IMG/VR virus record: IMGVR_UViG_3300028591_000103
Location: 64,001 to 128,000 of that record
From: a virus
Lineage: Duplodnaviria; Caudoviricetes
DNA: 64,000 nucleotides
Direction: 5' to 3' (one strand)
The first letter of the stretch is position 1; each line of letters starts with the position of its first letter. The notes beneath the pieces were generated by a model. It was given only the letters and a program-made list of their open reading frames with translations, was not told the origin of the DNA and did not search any database. The translations under genes and the position numbers were made by a program. This document shows positions 20,410-30,506 of the stretch, piece by piece.

Positions 20410-21876
20410 TTACGATGGTAAAACAGAAGGATTTTGTGTACAATGGAGAATCAGAATATCACTTGACTGGATGCCTGTGTCCAGATCTCCAACAAGTTCG
20501 TAGTTGGTTCCGTCATATATGAATTCGTATACACGCCCAGAAGCCAATACTCCTGGGTCAGGCAGATTAGCACCGCGATATTTAATTGGAGCGCCACCCG
20601 TTGCGTTGACATTCAATTGCAGAGATGCAACCGCGCCGGTATTTGTTGCGGAGAATTTCACAATGATTCTGGAACCAGCAACTTTTGTAAAGCTGGTACA
20701 TGCAACTTCTTTTACGGGTGTTGCTGCAGCTGTTGAACATGTTCCGAAGTGAGTGATCGCTGCAGAACCATCAAATGTTACACCATCAATTGCACGACCG
20801 GTTGTCAATGCTGCAGCAGATGCGACAGATTTACTTGCATCAGCTGTGTTATCAACATTACCAAGACCCACATCGGCTTTTGTTACGTTATGCGGGTTTC
20901 CGGATGTAACCAATGAGTGTTGATATGCTGCTTCACCATAGTCACCATAGTATGCATTCGAATGAGATGTTCCTAATGCGAGATCACCTTTGATCTGTGT
21001 GTATTGTGTTCCAGACCAACGATATGTTGTATCGGAATCTTTGTCAACATAGATCTTTCCTTCTTCAGGAGTGACTGCTGTTGCGGATATGTATTGTGAA
21101 TTATCCGCATCCCATACATATGCAACATATGGTGATGTGGTTTTATCAAGATACAATGTATCTGCCGCAGGAGTAATCTCTGTTGTATGTTCAGAATCCT
21201 CATAGAACTTTCCGGATGTGGAATCATAGTAACCTTCAACTTTATTGGATTCTGTATAGAATGATGTATTGTTCTTATAACCTTCAATGACATCATCTAC
21301 ATATGACGGAAGTTGCGATGATGGAACTTTTCCGGTAGCATCCAATACAGCAACATTGTGGATATTGATTGTTTGCCAAGCCCCACCATCTTCTTGGACT
21401 TGGAATGCACCAGCAGTAGAACCTTCACGGAATGCATATGTGGATCCACCACTACCTCCACCAATCAACTCGGAGAATCCGTTTGTAGAATCCCAACGAT
21501 AAATGATGTCGGTCGTCGTATCGACATAGATCTTTCCGGTTGCTCCGGGAATTTCTGTTGTCTTAGTGGAATCCGTATAGAACTTACCTGTGTTTTCATC
21601 ATAATAACCTTCAGTGACGTTATCAAATGATGCAGGAATTGCATCTGGATTAATTTTAAATGTATGCGGTGTAACGGATGTATCGTATATGATACATTGT
21701 TGATACCAAGAATAAATCTTGGCAAGTTCAACAGCCATATTCGTTTTTCCGGATGGATCCAGATTCGATAATAAATCGACTGCATTACCATCAAGATCAA
21801 CTCGTTTGGTTGCGTCGTTCAAAACATTCAAGAACGCGAAGAATACTTGAATGTCATTCAATACCGAAGCAGGCAT
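20410..21876 (-). CDS. Tail fibre protein (488 aa)
   Basis: LPSYVDDVIEG, NPHNVTKADVGLGNVDNT, IDGVTFDGS fibre motifs. Confidence 0.85.
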   Translation of the reverse strand: MPASVLNDIQVFFAFLNVLNDATKRVDLDGNAVDLLSNLDPSGKTNMAVELAKIYSWYQQCIIYDTSVTPHTFKINPDAIPASFDNVTEGYYDENTGKFYTDSTKTTEIPGATGKIYVDTTTDIIYRWDSTNGFSELIGGGSGGSTYAFREGSTAGAFQVQEDGGAWQTINIHNVAVLDATGKVPSSQLPSYVDDVIEGYKNNTSFYTESNKVEGYYDSTSGKFYEDSEHTTEITPAADTLYLDKTTSPYVAYVWDADNSQYISATAVTPEEGKIYVDKDSDTTYRWSGTQYTQIKGDLALGTSHSNAYYGDYGEAAYQHSLVTSGNPHNVTKADVGLGNVDNTADASKSVASAAALTTGRAIDGVTFDGSAAITHFGTCSTAAATPVKEVACTSFTKVAGSRIIVKFSATNTGAVASLQLNVNATGGAPIKYRGANLPDPGVLASGRVYEFIYDGTNYELVGDLDTGIQSSDILILHCTQNPSVLPS

Positions 21877-21896
21877 TTATAGTCCCTCCTTTAAAT

Positions 21897-24599
21897 TTAA
21901 GACGATGGATTTTGTGTACAATGTAATTCCAATTGGTTTAATGATAACACACCTTGTTGTGTAATATTCAAACCATTACCAACAATGACACCACCAATTG
22001 CTTGGGTGGTTGCTGGAGTCACATTAATCGTTTTTGTCGTTGGTCCAGTTCCGGTGATGTATTGCATTTCATCAAATTTTGATAATGTAACAACATCGCC
22101 GTATCCGTATTGTGTATTATTAATACGAACCGTAATATCCAATGATGATTTTCCGGCCGGCATTGTGTATTCATAATCGCAATCAGTATCCCAATCATTC
22201 GGATCTGAACTCTGTCCAAAATGCAATCCACCAGTTGTTGCAGTATCATTTTCATATCCATATAGATACCAATATATCGTATCATTTGGATCTGCTGGTG
22301 TGAGTTTTATTTTGAACTGTGTGCCTGGTTCAATGTGCAAGTATCTGAGTTTGAATGTTCTGGAATCAGATGTCGGTGAACGCCGACCATCATACATGTC
22401 AGCATAATTTCCCCAGTTAGCACTAGAAAGATCTGTGACTATTTGACCACCGGTGACAATTGATATACCATCACCTGCGAGATACTCTTTCGATTCACCA
22501 CCAGAAGCAGAAATAACACCGTTTTCATCAATACTGATACCATCGCCAATGATAACACCACCGAGATCATTTGCAGATGCGATTGGAAGTGTGTATTCTT
22601 GAGGGAGTGTTATTGTTGTATCGCCGGATTCTTTCGACACAACTAGATTTCCAGATGCATTTTTTGTTACATCCAAAACACCGGTGTTCACAATGTATTT
22701 GGAAGTATCATCCGAATATATGTAATTCAGAATTGCAGCGACAGTATCGGTCGCGGAAGTTTCCTCGGATTCGAAATATGGAACAACCTCGTTGACATCA
22801 CCAACAGGATCGATATCGCCCAGTGATATCATGTAACCATTACCATACCACGTGGTTCCATCAATTGTGACGGAGACCGCATCAGCTGTTGATGATCTTC
22901 CGCTGAAATGATCACTATCTAAGAAATTACACAATGTATCATTGATATTCTTGGATATGACATAAACCGTATACCAGTAATAGGGCAACCCGCTAGTATT
23001 TTTCACTCTGGATATTACAACATATGCAGGATTGGTTGTTGTTCTCGTGTAAGTTCTACGTCGTCCAGGACAATCCAAAATCGCCGAGGTTTGTGTATCA
23101 CTGTAATATGGATGAGTTGTATCATATATCGATGGATCTCCACTAGAAGCTGTTTCTATTGAAATACCTGCTCCGGCCTTATATACAATACTTCCATCAG
23201 CAGATAATATACCATCTTGATCGATGGATAGTCCATCACCAACTTTGATACCTCCTAATGTGGATGCTGATGCTGTTGGTAATGAATAAGGTGTAACAGA
23301 AATCGTACCATCGGCAGCAACAGTTACACCATTACCAATGATAACACCACCAAGTGTCAATGTTGTCGCAGGTGGTAGTTGATAACTGGAAGGAACTGTT
23401 TTCCAAGTTCCATCAGCGGCGAGATACTTTCCATCATCTGTTGTCTCTGGAGCTGGAACCAAACCATGTGTTCCAGCAGTAGATCCATCTGTACCAACAA
23501 AATCCGAATAATTTTGCAATCCAGCAAGCTTTGTTTGTTCCTCAATTGTATATGAAGCAGTGGTATTGTCCAGGACGGATTTGTTGGAATGTGTATGAGC
23601 CGATGCTTGTAATGCCGTGATATCTTGTTTTACAGATGTATCATCATATGGTGTGACAGAGATTGTTCCATCTTGTGTAACATTGACACCAGAACCAATC
23701 TTAACTCCACCAAGCGTATCCTCAGTCGCAGGTTCAATACCTCCAGCTGCAACAGATTTCCAAGTACCATCAGAAGACAAATATTTATTCGCATCTGTAG
23801 ACTGAGGTGCAGGAACCAAACCATGTGTACCATCCTCAGTACCGTCAGTACCAACGAAATCAGAATAGTTTTCTAATTCTGCTAACTTGGTTTTTTCTTC
23901 TCTAGTAAACGCTGCGGTTGTGTCATCGAGGATCTCTTTATTGACATGCACATGTGCTTTTTCTTCCAAACTGGAAACACGGCGTTGAATGGGTGCATCA
24001 TCATAATTATGAAGCGTTGTTAATTTAGACTTCTCTTCTAATGTATAAGATGCTGTCGTATTATCCAGAACAGTTTTATTTTTATGCGTATGCGCTTGAG
24101 CCTCTAACCGATCCAATCTTGGATTGACTTCACTTTTCTTTGCATAACCAGACAAATCAACCTCGGTCCAACCACCACCGACAAGAACCCATTTCTTACC
24201 ATTCCAGATATATTCGATCGGGTCTTCCAGACCTTGGTTTGGATTCTTGACAAATCGCAAATCTCCTAAACGATTTCCTGTTTTTGGTAATGTATTTCTA
24301 CTCTCATAAACAGTCGTCGAAGCGATCGACATATAATTCAGATTGGCAATGATATGATCGACTTCTTGTTTTGTATAATAATTGGATAATTCTGCATCTC
24401 CATCTATGTATGGAAGTTGGTGATAGTATTTATCACCTTCACCAACTTTCAATCGGGTATGATTCTTTGGTGTTATTTCAACACAAAGAACCCCTCTTGG
24501 GATTGGATAATTCGCGATTGCAGAATCATCCCATTCTCGAGATGTTCGAACGATATGATCATTGCTTGCAAAGAAATTATCAGTTTGATTAAATGCCAA
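21897..24599 (-). CDS. Fibre protein with hyaluronidase/Mtd-like N-terminus and internal repeats (900 aa)
   Basis: LKVGEGDK..LPY N-domain; 3x HxHxNKxxLD repeats; 5x LP.A....LGGV.IG-like repeats; TTG start with AAAGGAGG. Confidence 0.85.
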   Translation of the reverse strand: MAFNQTDNFFASNDHIVRTSREWDDSAIANYPIPRGVLCVEITPKNHTRLKVGEGDKYYHQLPYIDGDAELSNYYTKQEVDHIIANLNYMSIASTTVYESRNTLPKTGNRLGDLRFVKNPNQGLEDPIEYIWNGKKWVLVGGGWTEVDLSGYAKKSEVNPRLDRLEAQAHTHKNKTVLDNTTASYTLEEKSKLTTLHNYDDAPIQRRVSSLEEKAHVHVNKEILDDTTAAFTREEKTKLAELENYSDFVGTDGTEDGTHGLVPAPQSTDANKYLSSDGTWKSVAAGGIEPATEDTLGGVKIGSGVNVTQDGTISVTPYDDTSVKQDITALQASAHTHSNKSVLDNTTASYTIEEQTKLAGLQNYSDFVGTDGSTAGTHGLVPAPETTDDGKYLAADGTWKTVPSSYQLPPATTLTLGGVIIGNGVTVAADGTISVTPYSLPTASASTLGGIKVGDGLSIDQDGILSADGSIVYKAGAGISIETASSGDPSIYDTTHPYYSDTQTSAILDCPGRRRTYTRTTTNPAYVVISRVKNTSGLPYYWYTVYVISKNINDTLCNFLDSDHFSGRSSTADAVSVTIDGTTWYGNGYMISLGDIDPVGDVNEVVPYFESEETSATDTVAAILNYIYSDDTSKYIVNTGVLDVTKNASGNLVVSKESGDTTITLPQEYTLPIASANDLGGVIIGDGISIDENGVISASGGESKEYLAGDGISIVTGGQIVTDLSSANWGNYADMYDGRRSPTSDSRTFKLRYLHIEPGTQFKIKLTPADPNDTIYWYLYGYENDTATTGGLHFGQSSDPNDWDTDCDYEYTMPAGKSSLDITVRINNTQYGYGDVVTLSKFDEMQYITGTGPTTKTINVTPATTQAIGGVIVGNGLNITQQGVLSLNQLELHCTQNPSS

Positions 24600-24625
24600 T
24601 TCAAGTTCCTCCTTTCTACAGGATT

Positions 24626-24637
24626 TAATGAAGCGTT
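24626..24637 (-). promoter_or_regulatory. Putative late promoter AACG-N6-TA
   Basis: AAAACGCTTCATTAA. Confidence 0.65.
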
Positions 24638-24642
24638 TTTAT

Positions 24643-24670
24643 GATATGCGGGGGATATCCCCCGCATATC
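24643..24670 (-). terminator. Terminator hairpin
   Basis: Perfect palindrome GATATGCGGGGGATATCCCCCGCATATC. Confidence 0.75.
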
Positions 24671-24677
24671 TCTATCG

Positions 24678-25412
24678 TCATTCTTCTGGATCGGAGTCTT
24701 GTAACAGGAAAAATCCGTCTGTATAATAGTCGATTCCATTCAGAGTTGCGATGCCATCAAATCCCGCCAATTGTGAGAATGGCATCCAGTAAAAACCGAC
24801 AGTTGTATTTATGCCACTGGTGCCTTTGTTTGTTGGAAGCGGTACGAATGTGGTGTAATCTTTGTCGAATTTCGTGATACTCAGATCCATCTCATTCAAG
24901 GGTGCTTCTACATCACCATATGCGACAGTTATAAAGTTTCTCCACTTCATATTAGTTCCTGATGTATTTCCGTTATTTCTGCATGAGATTGCGGTTTCTC
25001 CATTTTTTGCCTTTGAGAATATCATATACTGTCTCTGCAACTTCTGGACAAATGGCGAATTTGATGACGTCAGTTCCAATATGACACCATATTTACAAAT
25101 GTATGCGCCATATATCCAGTGCGCTATATAACCAAGTGATGAAGAACCGCCACCAAACGACCAATACTCTGTTGGACTTCTATACAGATAAACCGTCAGA
25201 AATGAACTTGAATCAGTGTTACCCTCGAACTTAACCAATGGCTTATCACCGTTATAAATCGTCATAATACCATTGTTAGGATTTTGAGTCGAACTCTCTA
25301 ATTCAATTCTGTCAAATACATCGATCAATCCATTTTGAATGTATTCGTTAAGTTTGTCCGCAGCAGGTTTGTATCCGGTTGCCGCAGCGACCGAAAATTT
25401 TTCGTAATACAT
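24678..25412 (-). CDS. Hypothetical virion-associated protein
   Basis: 244-aa ORF in the structural operon, SD GAAAGGAG. Confidence 0.75.
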   Translation of the reverse strand: MYYEKFSVAAATGYKPAADKLNEYIQNGLIDVFDRIELESSTQNPNNGIMTIYNGDKPLVKFEGNTDSSSFLTVYLYRSPTEYWSFGGGSSSLGYIAHWIYGAYICKYGVILELTSSNSPFVQKLQRQYMIFSKAKNGETAISCRNNGNTSGTNMKWRNFITVAYGDVEAPLNEMDLSITKFDKDYTTFVPLPTNKGTSGINTTVGFYWMPFSQLAGFDGIATLNGIDYYTDGFFLLQDSDPEE

Positions 25413-25415
25413 AAA

Positions 25416-25757
25416 TTAACTCCTTTCGATTGTTGTGACAACAGTACCAGGAACGGCGGTGATTTTCGGTTTTGCAAAACCATACCATTTCGTATCTGTT
25501 GATGGAGAAGGACCCGGCCCAGGACCGGGTCCTGGTTTCTTTTCAGGGAAGTAATCGTAATAGGTTCTACCATTCACGATTTTTCCTGTGTAGCTGTCGG
25601 TGATGAAATATTTCGGGATCTGGATTAATTTGCGGGTTTGATCACTATCAGCTTCATATCCAATTACAGGATTCGGTAAATTCACGATAGCAATATTGAC
25701 TGGATTGTCAGGAGAAACACTGCGATCAACAATGTTGATCGCGATTTTATCTGCCAT
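25416..25757 (-). CDS. Small virion adaptor, paralogous to the N-terminus of the LRR protein
   Basis: NIAIVNLPNPV..ITDSYTGKIVNG..YFPEK matches NIAIINQPNPV..ITESATGKVVNG..YFPDK; PGPGPG linker. Confidence 0.75.
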   Translation of the reverse strand: MADKIAINIVDRSVSPDNPVNIAIVNLPNPVIGYEADSDQTRKLIQIPKYFITDSYTGKIVNGRTYYDYFPEKKPGPGPGPGPSPSTDTKWYGFAKPKITAVPGTVVTTIERS

Positions 25758-25785
25758 GAAAATTCACCTCCATTTCATAAAAATT

Positions 25786-27798
25786 TTATAATGCAACCAT
25801 CTTCGCATAGACTTCCTTGCCGTTTCCGACTGTAATCGGATTTGTTTCTGCTCTGAGGTCTGCAATTGTTGCATACCATGTAAGCGAGGTTGTAGATTCG
25901 TCCGGAATTGTAGCTGGGAGTGCTGCTCCGTCTGCAAATGTATCGTAATAGGCATATGTGTAAGTGCTGGGCGATGGGTAGTTGCTTGCTGAGAGATACG
26001 CATAGGATTTAACAAGGATTGCGCAGTCTGTAGGAAGACTTGTGAATGCGTTAGAATTTTGAATGGTCGGTGGAGTTGCTTTCTCAAATTTCACACTACC
26101 GAGTGAAGCGCAGTTACCAAAAGCCAGGTTCCCAATCGATGTAACGCTGTCTGAAATTGTAACACTCCCGAGTGACCTGCAGTATTGAAAAGCATACGTC
26201 GAAATTGATGTAACACTGTCTGGAATGGTAATGTTACTGAGTGAAAGGCAATTGTAAAAAGCATACATCGAAATTGATGTAACACTGTCTGGAATGGTAA
26301 CGCTATCGAGTGAATAGCAGTACATAAAAGCATACGCCGAAATTGATGTAACACTGTCTGGAATGGTAACGCTATCGAGTGAATAGCAGTATTGAAAAGC
26401 ATACATCGAAATTGATGTAAGACTGTCTGGAATGGTAACGCTGTTGAGTGAATAGCAGTAATAAAAAGCATACTTCCCAATTGATGTAACGTTGTCTGGA
26501 ATAGTGATGCTGCTGAGTGAATAGCAGCTGTCAAAAGCATTCGACTGAATTGATGTAACGTTGTCTGGAATAGTAATGCTGCTGAGTGAATAGCAGGATA
26601 TAAAAGCAAGCGACTGAATTGATGTAAAGCTGTCGCCAATAAACATCCTCTTTATAGCATTTATATAGTTTCGCGATTCATTAGCATCGAATCCGTCTTT
26701 CATCAACAATCCACATGAATTGTTTTTTTCTAAGAAATTCGCCGTACCAGTAACCGTCAGCGTAATCACATACTCTCCACCGCTAGGATAGGTATGCGGC
26801 TGAGTGCTGACATAAGTTGACACATTCGTTCCAGTCAGCGTCGTATGCGCAGAACCATCGCCCCAGTCGATATCAACAGAACCATTCACGCCAAGTCCGA
26901 GAACAGGCTCTCTCCGGTATTCGTCAAGCTCGATAAAGATTCGCGTCTTACCGTCAGTCACTTTGTATTTCTGACCGATATCGAGCTTTCCATACTTCGC
27001 TACATACGCCTTTGCTTTTGCGAATGTTGACCACATCCACCCCTGCGCGGTCAGTCCGTCATGAGATGGATTTGTAGGCCAGTCTGTCAGCTCCGCAAAC
27101 TCTGCTGCTGTGTAACTATGGACGATTGTTCCATCATAGTCGATAAAGTTCACGGCTTTCTTTTCAGCTCCGCCGCCGCCACCTGATGGGACATTGACAG
27201 TGAGACTGCTAATCAATGTGGTATCGACATCCCCATTCTCAGTCACAGTATCACTACCCTGTGCGACTAAAGCGCCGTTAGAAACGACTTTACCTTCATC
27301 ACCCGCTGCGTATGTATTTGGTACATTGATTTCAATGCTATTGATTAGGGTTGTATCGACAGTTCCATTAGATGTAGCAGAACTGGAAGACTGTGAAACA
27401 AGTTCTCCACCAGATACGACTTTGCCCTCATCTTGTGCGGTATAGCTATTCGAAACAGAAACGCTGACAGAACTGTATCCATCAGCGTTATCATCTTTTG
27501 CTTTATATGCTCCATTTTCATTAATGGATTTGCTGATCAGTGTACTACCACCGCCACCTCCTCCTCCACCGGAAGGATCCTTGTCTGGAAAGTATTTATA
27601 GATACTTTCGCCGTTCACAACCTTTCCTGTTGCAGACTCGGTAATACGATACTGTGGAAAGTTGATCAGATATGCCAGTTGGTCGTATGTTGCAGCAAAA
27701 CCAGAAACGGGATTTGGTTGATTAATGATTGCAATGTTGATCGCACGCATCGCCGGAACGGAGATATCGACAACATCAATCACCAACGTCTCAGCCAT
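25786..27798 (-). CDS. BspA-like leucine-rich-repeat (LRR_5) virion adhesin with PKD-like domain
   Basis: 8 x 23-aa IPDSVTSIxxxAFxxCxSL repeats, IDWGDG, poly-Gly linkers. Confidence 0.88.
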   Translation of the reverse strand: MAETLVIDVVDISVPAMRAINIAIINQPNPVSGFAATYDQLAYLINFPQYRITESATGKVVNGESIYKYFPDKDPSGGGGGGGGSTLISKSINENGAYKAKDDNADGYSSVSVSVSNSYTAQDEGKVVSGGELVSQSSSSATSNGTVDTTLINSIEINVPNTYAAGDEGKVVSNGALVAQGSDTVTENGDVDTTLISSLTVNVPSGGGGGAEKKAVNFIDYDGTIVHSYTAAEFAELTDWPTNPSHDGLTAQGWMWSTFAKAKAYVAKYGKLDIGQKYKVTDGKTRIFIELDEYRREPVLGLGVNGSVDIDWGDGSAHTTLTGTNVSTYVSTQPHTYPSGGEYVITLTVTGTANFLEKNNSCGLLMKDGFDANESRNYINAIKRMFIGDSFTSIQSLAFISCYSLSSITIPDNVTSIQSNAFDSCYSLSSITIPDNVTSIGKYAFYYCYSLNSVTIPDSLTSISMYAFQYCYSLDSVTIPDSVTSISAYAFMYCYSLDSVTIPDSVTSISMYAFYNCLSLSNITIPDSVTSISTYAFQYCRSLGSVTISDSVTSIGNLAFGNCASLGSVKFEKATPPTIQNSNAFTSLPTDCAILVKSYAYLSASNYPSPSTYTYAYYDTFADGAALPATIPDESTTSLTWYATIADLRAETNPITVGNGKEVYAKMVAL
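26089..26640 (-). repeat. 8 x 69-bp tandem coding repeat (LRR units)
   Basis: Framework codons att..gac..aca..att..gct ttt..tgc..tca ctc identical across units. Confidence 0.95.
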
Positions 27799-27800
27799 AA

Positions 27801-29036
27801 TTATTCACCACCATCCTCATTGGTTTCGTCGATTGGTTGTGTGGATGAAAGTTGAACAAGCTTTCCGATAGCGACATCTGCTTCAAAAGCTTCATCAACA
27901 GTAACGGATTCATCATCCGTTGAAGTATATGTCGCAGAAACTTGATATACATAACCGATCTCATTGTATACGAGATCACCCTTTGTATATTCCGTGTTCT
28001 TTGCGTATTCTTTGACACGCGGTTTCATCGTGATGATCTGATTTTCCAATGCAGCAACACGTGCTTGGAGATCAGATACGGCAGTTGTCAGAATCGTAAC
28101 ATCGCGTGCAAGTTCTTCGATCAAATGCTCAGTCGGATGATACAATGAATTGTATACATCAAATGTATTTCCTGTCGCGATTGTATTCGCCATATAAGCA
28201 GTGAAGTTCATCTTCAGACGAGTTGTCAGATTCAGTTGAACTGCAAATCTCTGATTGATGTTGACTGCTGCAATGAGAATGCGATTATCCGCAATATCAA
28301 TAGCATCATGCTGAACACTGATGTGGGTGTTATTATTCATCCAGATATAATACGGATTCAGATCATCCACAACATGTGTGAGTGTATCAAGAATGTCAAC
28401 ATACGCTTCCATCTTATCAATGAAAATAGTATAGATACCATTATAATCAACCTGTGGAAGATTGGTCACAATGACATTCTTGAATGATGTAATAAAGAAA
28501 TCATTGACATCGGTATAGTGGAACAAATGGTCTTTGACAATACTTTCGACTGTATTCTCATATACCACACCACCTTGTGCATCTTCCAGATGGAAATACA
28601 GTTTGAAGATCACACTAGAATGCTGGATCGGAAGATAGTTCTCCAGTGTTTCAAATTCATTTGAAATCACCTGATTCAGGAATCCATTCCATACAGCATT
28701 TGTGACAATGTCTCCACCGGTCATATCCAGACTTGCAGTCAGATTAATACAAGACGGATCGGAACGTTTGCTGATTCTGGTGTAAACATTTTCAGACACA
28801 CTCAGTTTTGTACCATATTTGGTAGTCGTATTATCGACCAGATATGGAATATTGTTCACGACCATGAATGCGTTTTCTTGCATACTTCCAGATGCAGGAT
28901 ACTTTGCTGTATTCGGTTGGTACATCTGCTGACAGCAATCACACTGGAATGATGCACCTCGTACATATGGATATGACACAAGCACCGGTTGAGAACCATG
29001 TCCACAACCACCGCAGTTGAATCCGCTTTGATTCAT
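27801..29036 (-). CDS. Virion structural protein (Cys-rich N-terminus, coiled coil, CBM-like tail)
   Basis: CGGCG/CDCC; LQARVAALE coil; EYTKGDLVY..VYQV resembles CBM5/12. Confidence 0.7.
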   Translation of the reverse strand: MNQSGFNCGGCGHGSQPVLVSYPYVRGASFQCDCCQQMYQPNTAKYPASGSMQENAFMVVNNIPYLVDNTTTKYGTKLSVSENVYTRISKRSDPSCINLTASLDMTGGDIVTNAVWNGFLNQVISNEFETLENYLPIQHSSVIFKLYFHLEDAQGGVVYENTVESIVKDHLFHYTDVNDFFITSFKNVIVTNLPQVDYNGIYTIFIDKMEAYVDILDTLTHVVDDLNPYYIWMNNNTHISVQHDAIDIADNRILIAAVNINQRFAVQLNLTTRLKMNFTAYMANTIATGNTFDVYNSLYHPTEHLIEELARDVTILTTAVSDLQARVAALENQIITMKPRVKEYAKNTEYTKGDLVYNEIGYVYQVSATYTSTDDESVTVDEAFEADVAIGKLVQLSSTQPIDETNEDGGE

Positions 29037-29048
29037 AAGAAACCCTCC

Positions 29049-30329
29049 TTATTTGATTTTCAATGTTTGCTTGATAATGTATATGATCAACGGTGTCCAA
29101 AGAAATACTTCTTTTGACATAGAATTATCGAACAATTGGTCTCCGGTGTATAATGACAAATCCCGGATACTCCGTAAACGTCCGTGGATATAATCATGAA
29201 TCAGAGAAATGTAATCATACCGCTGCAGCTTGTAACGACGGATACATTTATCTGCACATTTACAACACTTACAATCACACAGTTTACATTGTCTCGGATC
29301 ACATTCAGCTTCCAGAATATTATACACTTCCATCGGGAAATACAGATCTTCACCTGGATTCAAACACCATGCATCACCAGGAATCATGACATCAACATCT
29401 GCACCATAATGTGCGAATGATGAATCAACGTATTCCGAAGCTTTTACTGTACGATATTTGAACGTTGATAGATATCGTAATGGTGCTTCTCGTTCAATCC
29501 ATTGATATGGTGAACGTTGATAATGGAATTCCAATTCACGATCCTTCAACTTGTTTTGAATCAACACGATATTTCCATGTGCATTATCACGAATCATGAT
29601 TCCTGTTTTTGCCATGAAATAATTGCCACATACATCAAACAGCGTTCTACCATTCAGATGTAATAAGAAACAATTGTGTGCCGGATCATAATAATTGGCT
29701 TTGTAATTATCAACCATGTCATCGATCATTTTGATCAAACGAGACCGAAGTTCATAATCCTCTTCACCGATAACAGGCGTCAAATCCTCACCACCAACGG
29801 TTTGAAGATCCATGACATACCGACCAACGACTTGTTTGTTAATTTGATCAACATCTGAAATTTGAGTCGAGTACAGACTGTATGAAATTCGATAAGAACC
29901 GTCTGTATTCAATCCATCCTGCGTTACTTCTGTGACACGGATTAAATGTGTCATTCGAATATGATTTACAATGAAGAAATCATTTTCTTTTGGCATTATA
30001 GTTCCCGGTATAATGAATGCTTCTCCATTCAAATTATAATCACGAACCGTTGTAGATCCAGCATTTCCATTTTCTGGAGATAAAGGTGACAATGCCAACA
30101 GAACCATATTCTCGATTCTCCGATAACGCAATGGGGAATCTCTTCCAATGATCTGATACACATCATTGAATCCAAGAGAATCAGTCGTTTGTTGTTCGTC
30201 GATATTAAAGTATGTCACAAGTGTTCTACCACTTCCAGTATACTTATTGATTCTGGAATGGAGGAATTTATCATACTTAAATATTTGCTCATCGACCAAT
30301 GATCGTTCATCATATATTAAACCAGACAC
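29049..30329 (-). CDS. Probable jumbo-phage virion structural protein
   Basis: Long ORF after a late promoter; likely GTG start (MSGLIYDE) rather than TTG 30353. Confidence 0.65.
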   Translation of the reverse strand: MSGLIYDERSLVDEQIFKYDKFLHSRINKYTGSGRTLVTYFNIDEQQTTDSLGFNDVYQIIGRDSPLRYRRIENMVLLALSPLSPENGNAGSTTVRDYNLNGEAFIIPGTIMPKENDFFIVNHIRMTHLIRVTEVTQDGLNTDGSYRISYSLYSTQISDVDQINKQVVGRYVMDLQTVGGEDLTPVIGEEDYELRSRLIKMIDDMVDNYKANYYDPAHNCFLLHLNGRTLFDVCGNYFMAKTGIMIRDNAHGNIVLIQNKLKDRELEFHYQRSPYQWIEREAPLRYLSTFKYRTVKASEYVDSSFAHYGADVDVMIPGDAWCLNPGEDLYFPMEVYNILEAECDPRQCKLCDCKCCKCADKCIRRYKLQRYDYISLIHDYIHGRLRSIRDLSLYTGDQLFDNSMSKEVFLWTPLIIYIIKQTLKIK

Positions 30330-30387
30330 ATATTTCACCACACTTTCTATCAATCTTGAAAGATACTATAAATATATCTCCCAGAGT

Positions 30388-30399
30388 TACGAAACTGTT
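30388..30399 (-). promoter_or_regulatory. Putative late promoter AACA-N6-TA
   Basis: AAAACAGTTTCGTAA. Confidence 0.65.
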
Positions 30400-30442
30400 T
30401 TACAGCATATATTTGCGTGAAATTATTTTTTCACAAGATAAA

Positions 30443-30488
30443 TATATCATTATTTTGCATACGGAAATCAAAATTCATTTTTCCGTAT
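30443..30488 (+). promoter_or_regulatory. Putative early promoter + 5' hairpin
   Basis: TATATCATT-ATTT-TGCATA, then ATACGGAAA/TTTCCGTAT stem. Confidence 0.6.
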
Positions 30489-30506
30489 AGAAAGGAAGGA
30501 ATTTAT

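Noticed and set aside
26091-26639. 182-aa alternative-frame ORF over the LRR array
   Set aside because: Shadow frame produced by the repeat; no SD.
26089-26640. CRISPR array
   Set aside because: The units are in-frame 69-bp LRR codon repeats with no unique spacers, and no cas genes are present.
14307-27798. Complete diversity-generating retroelement
   Set aside because: No reverse transcriptase, Avd or template repeat in the window; LRR framework adenines are nearly invariant.
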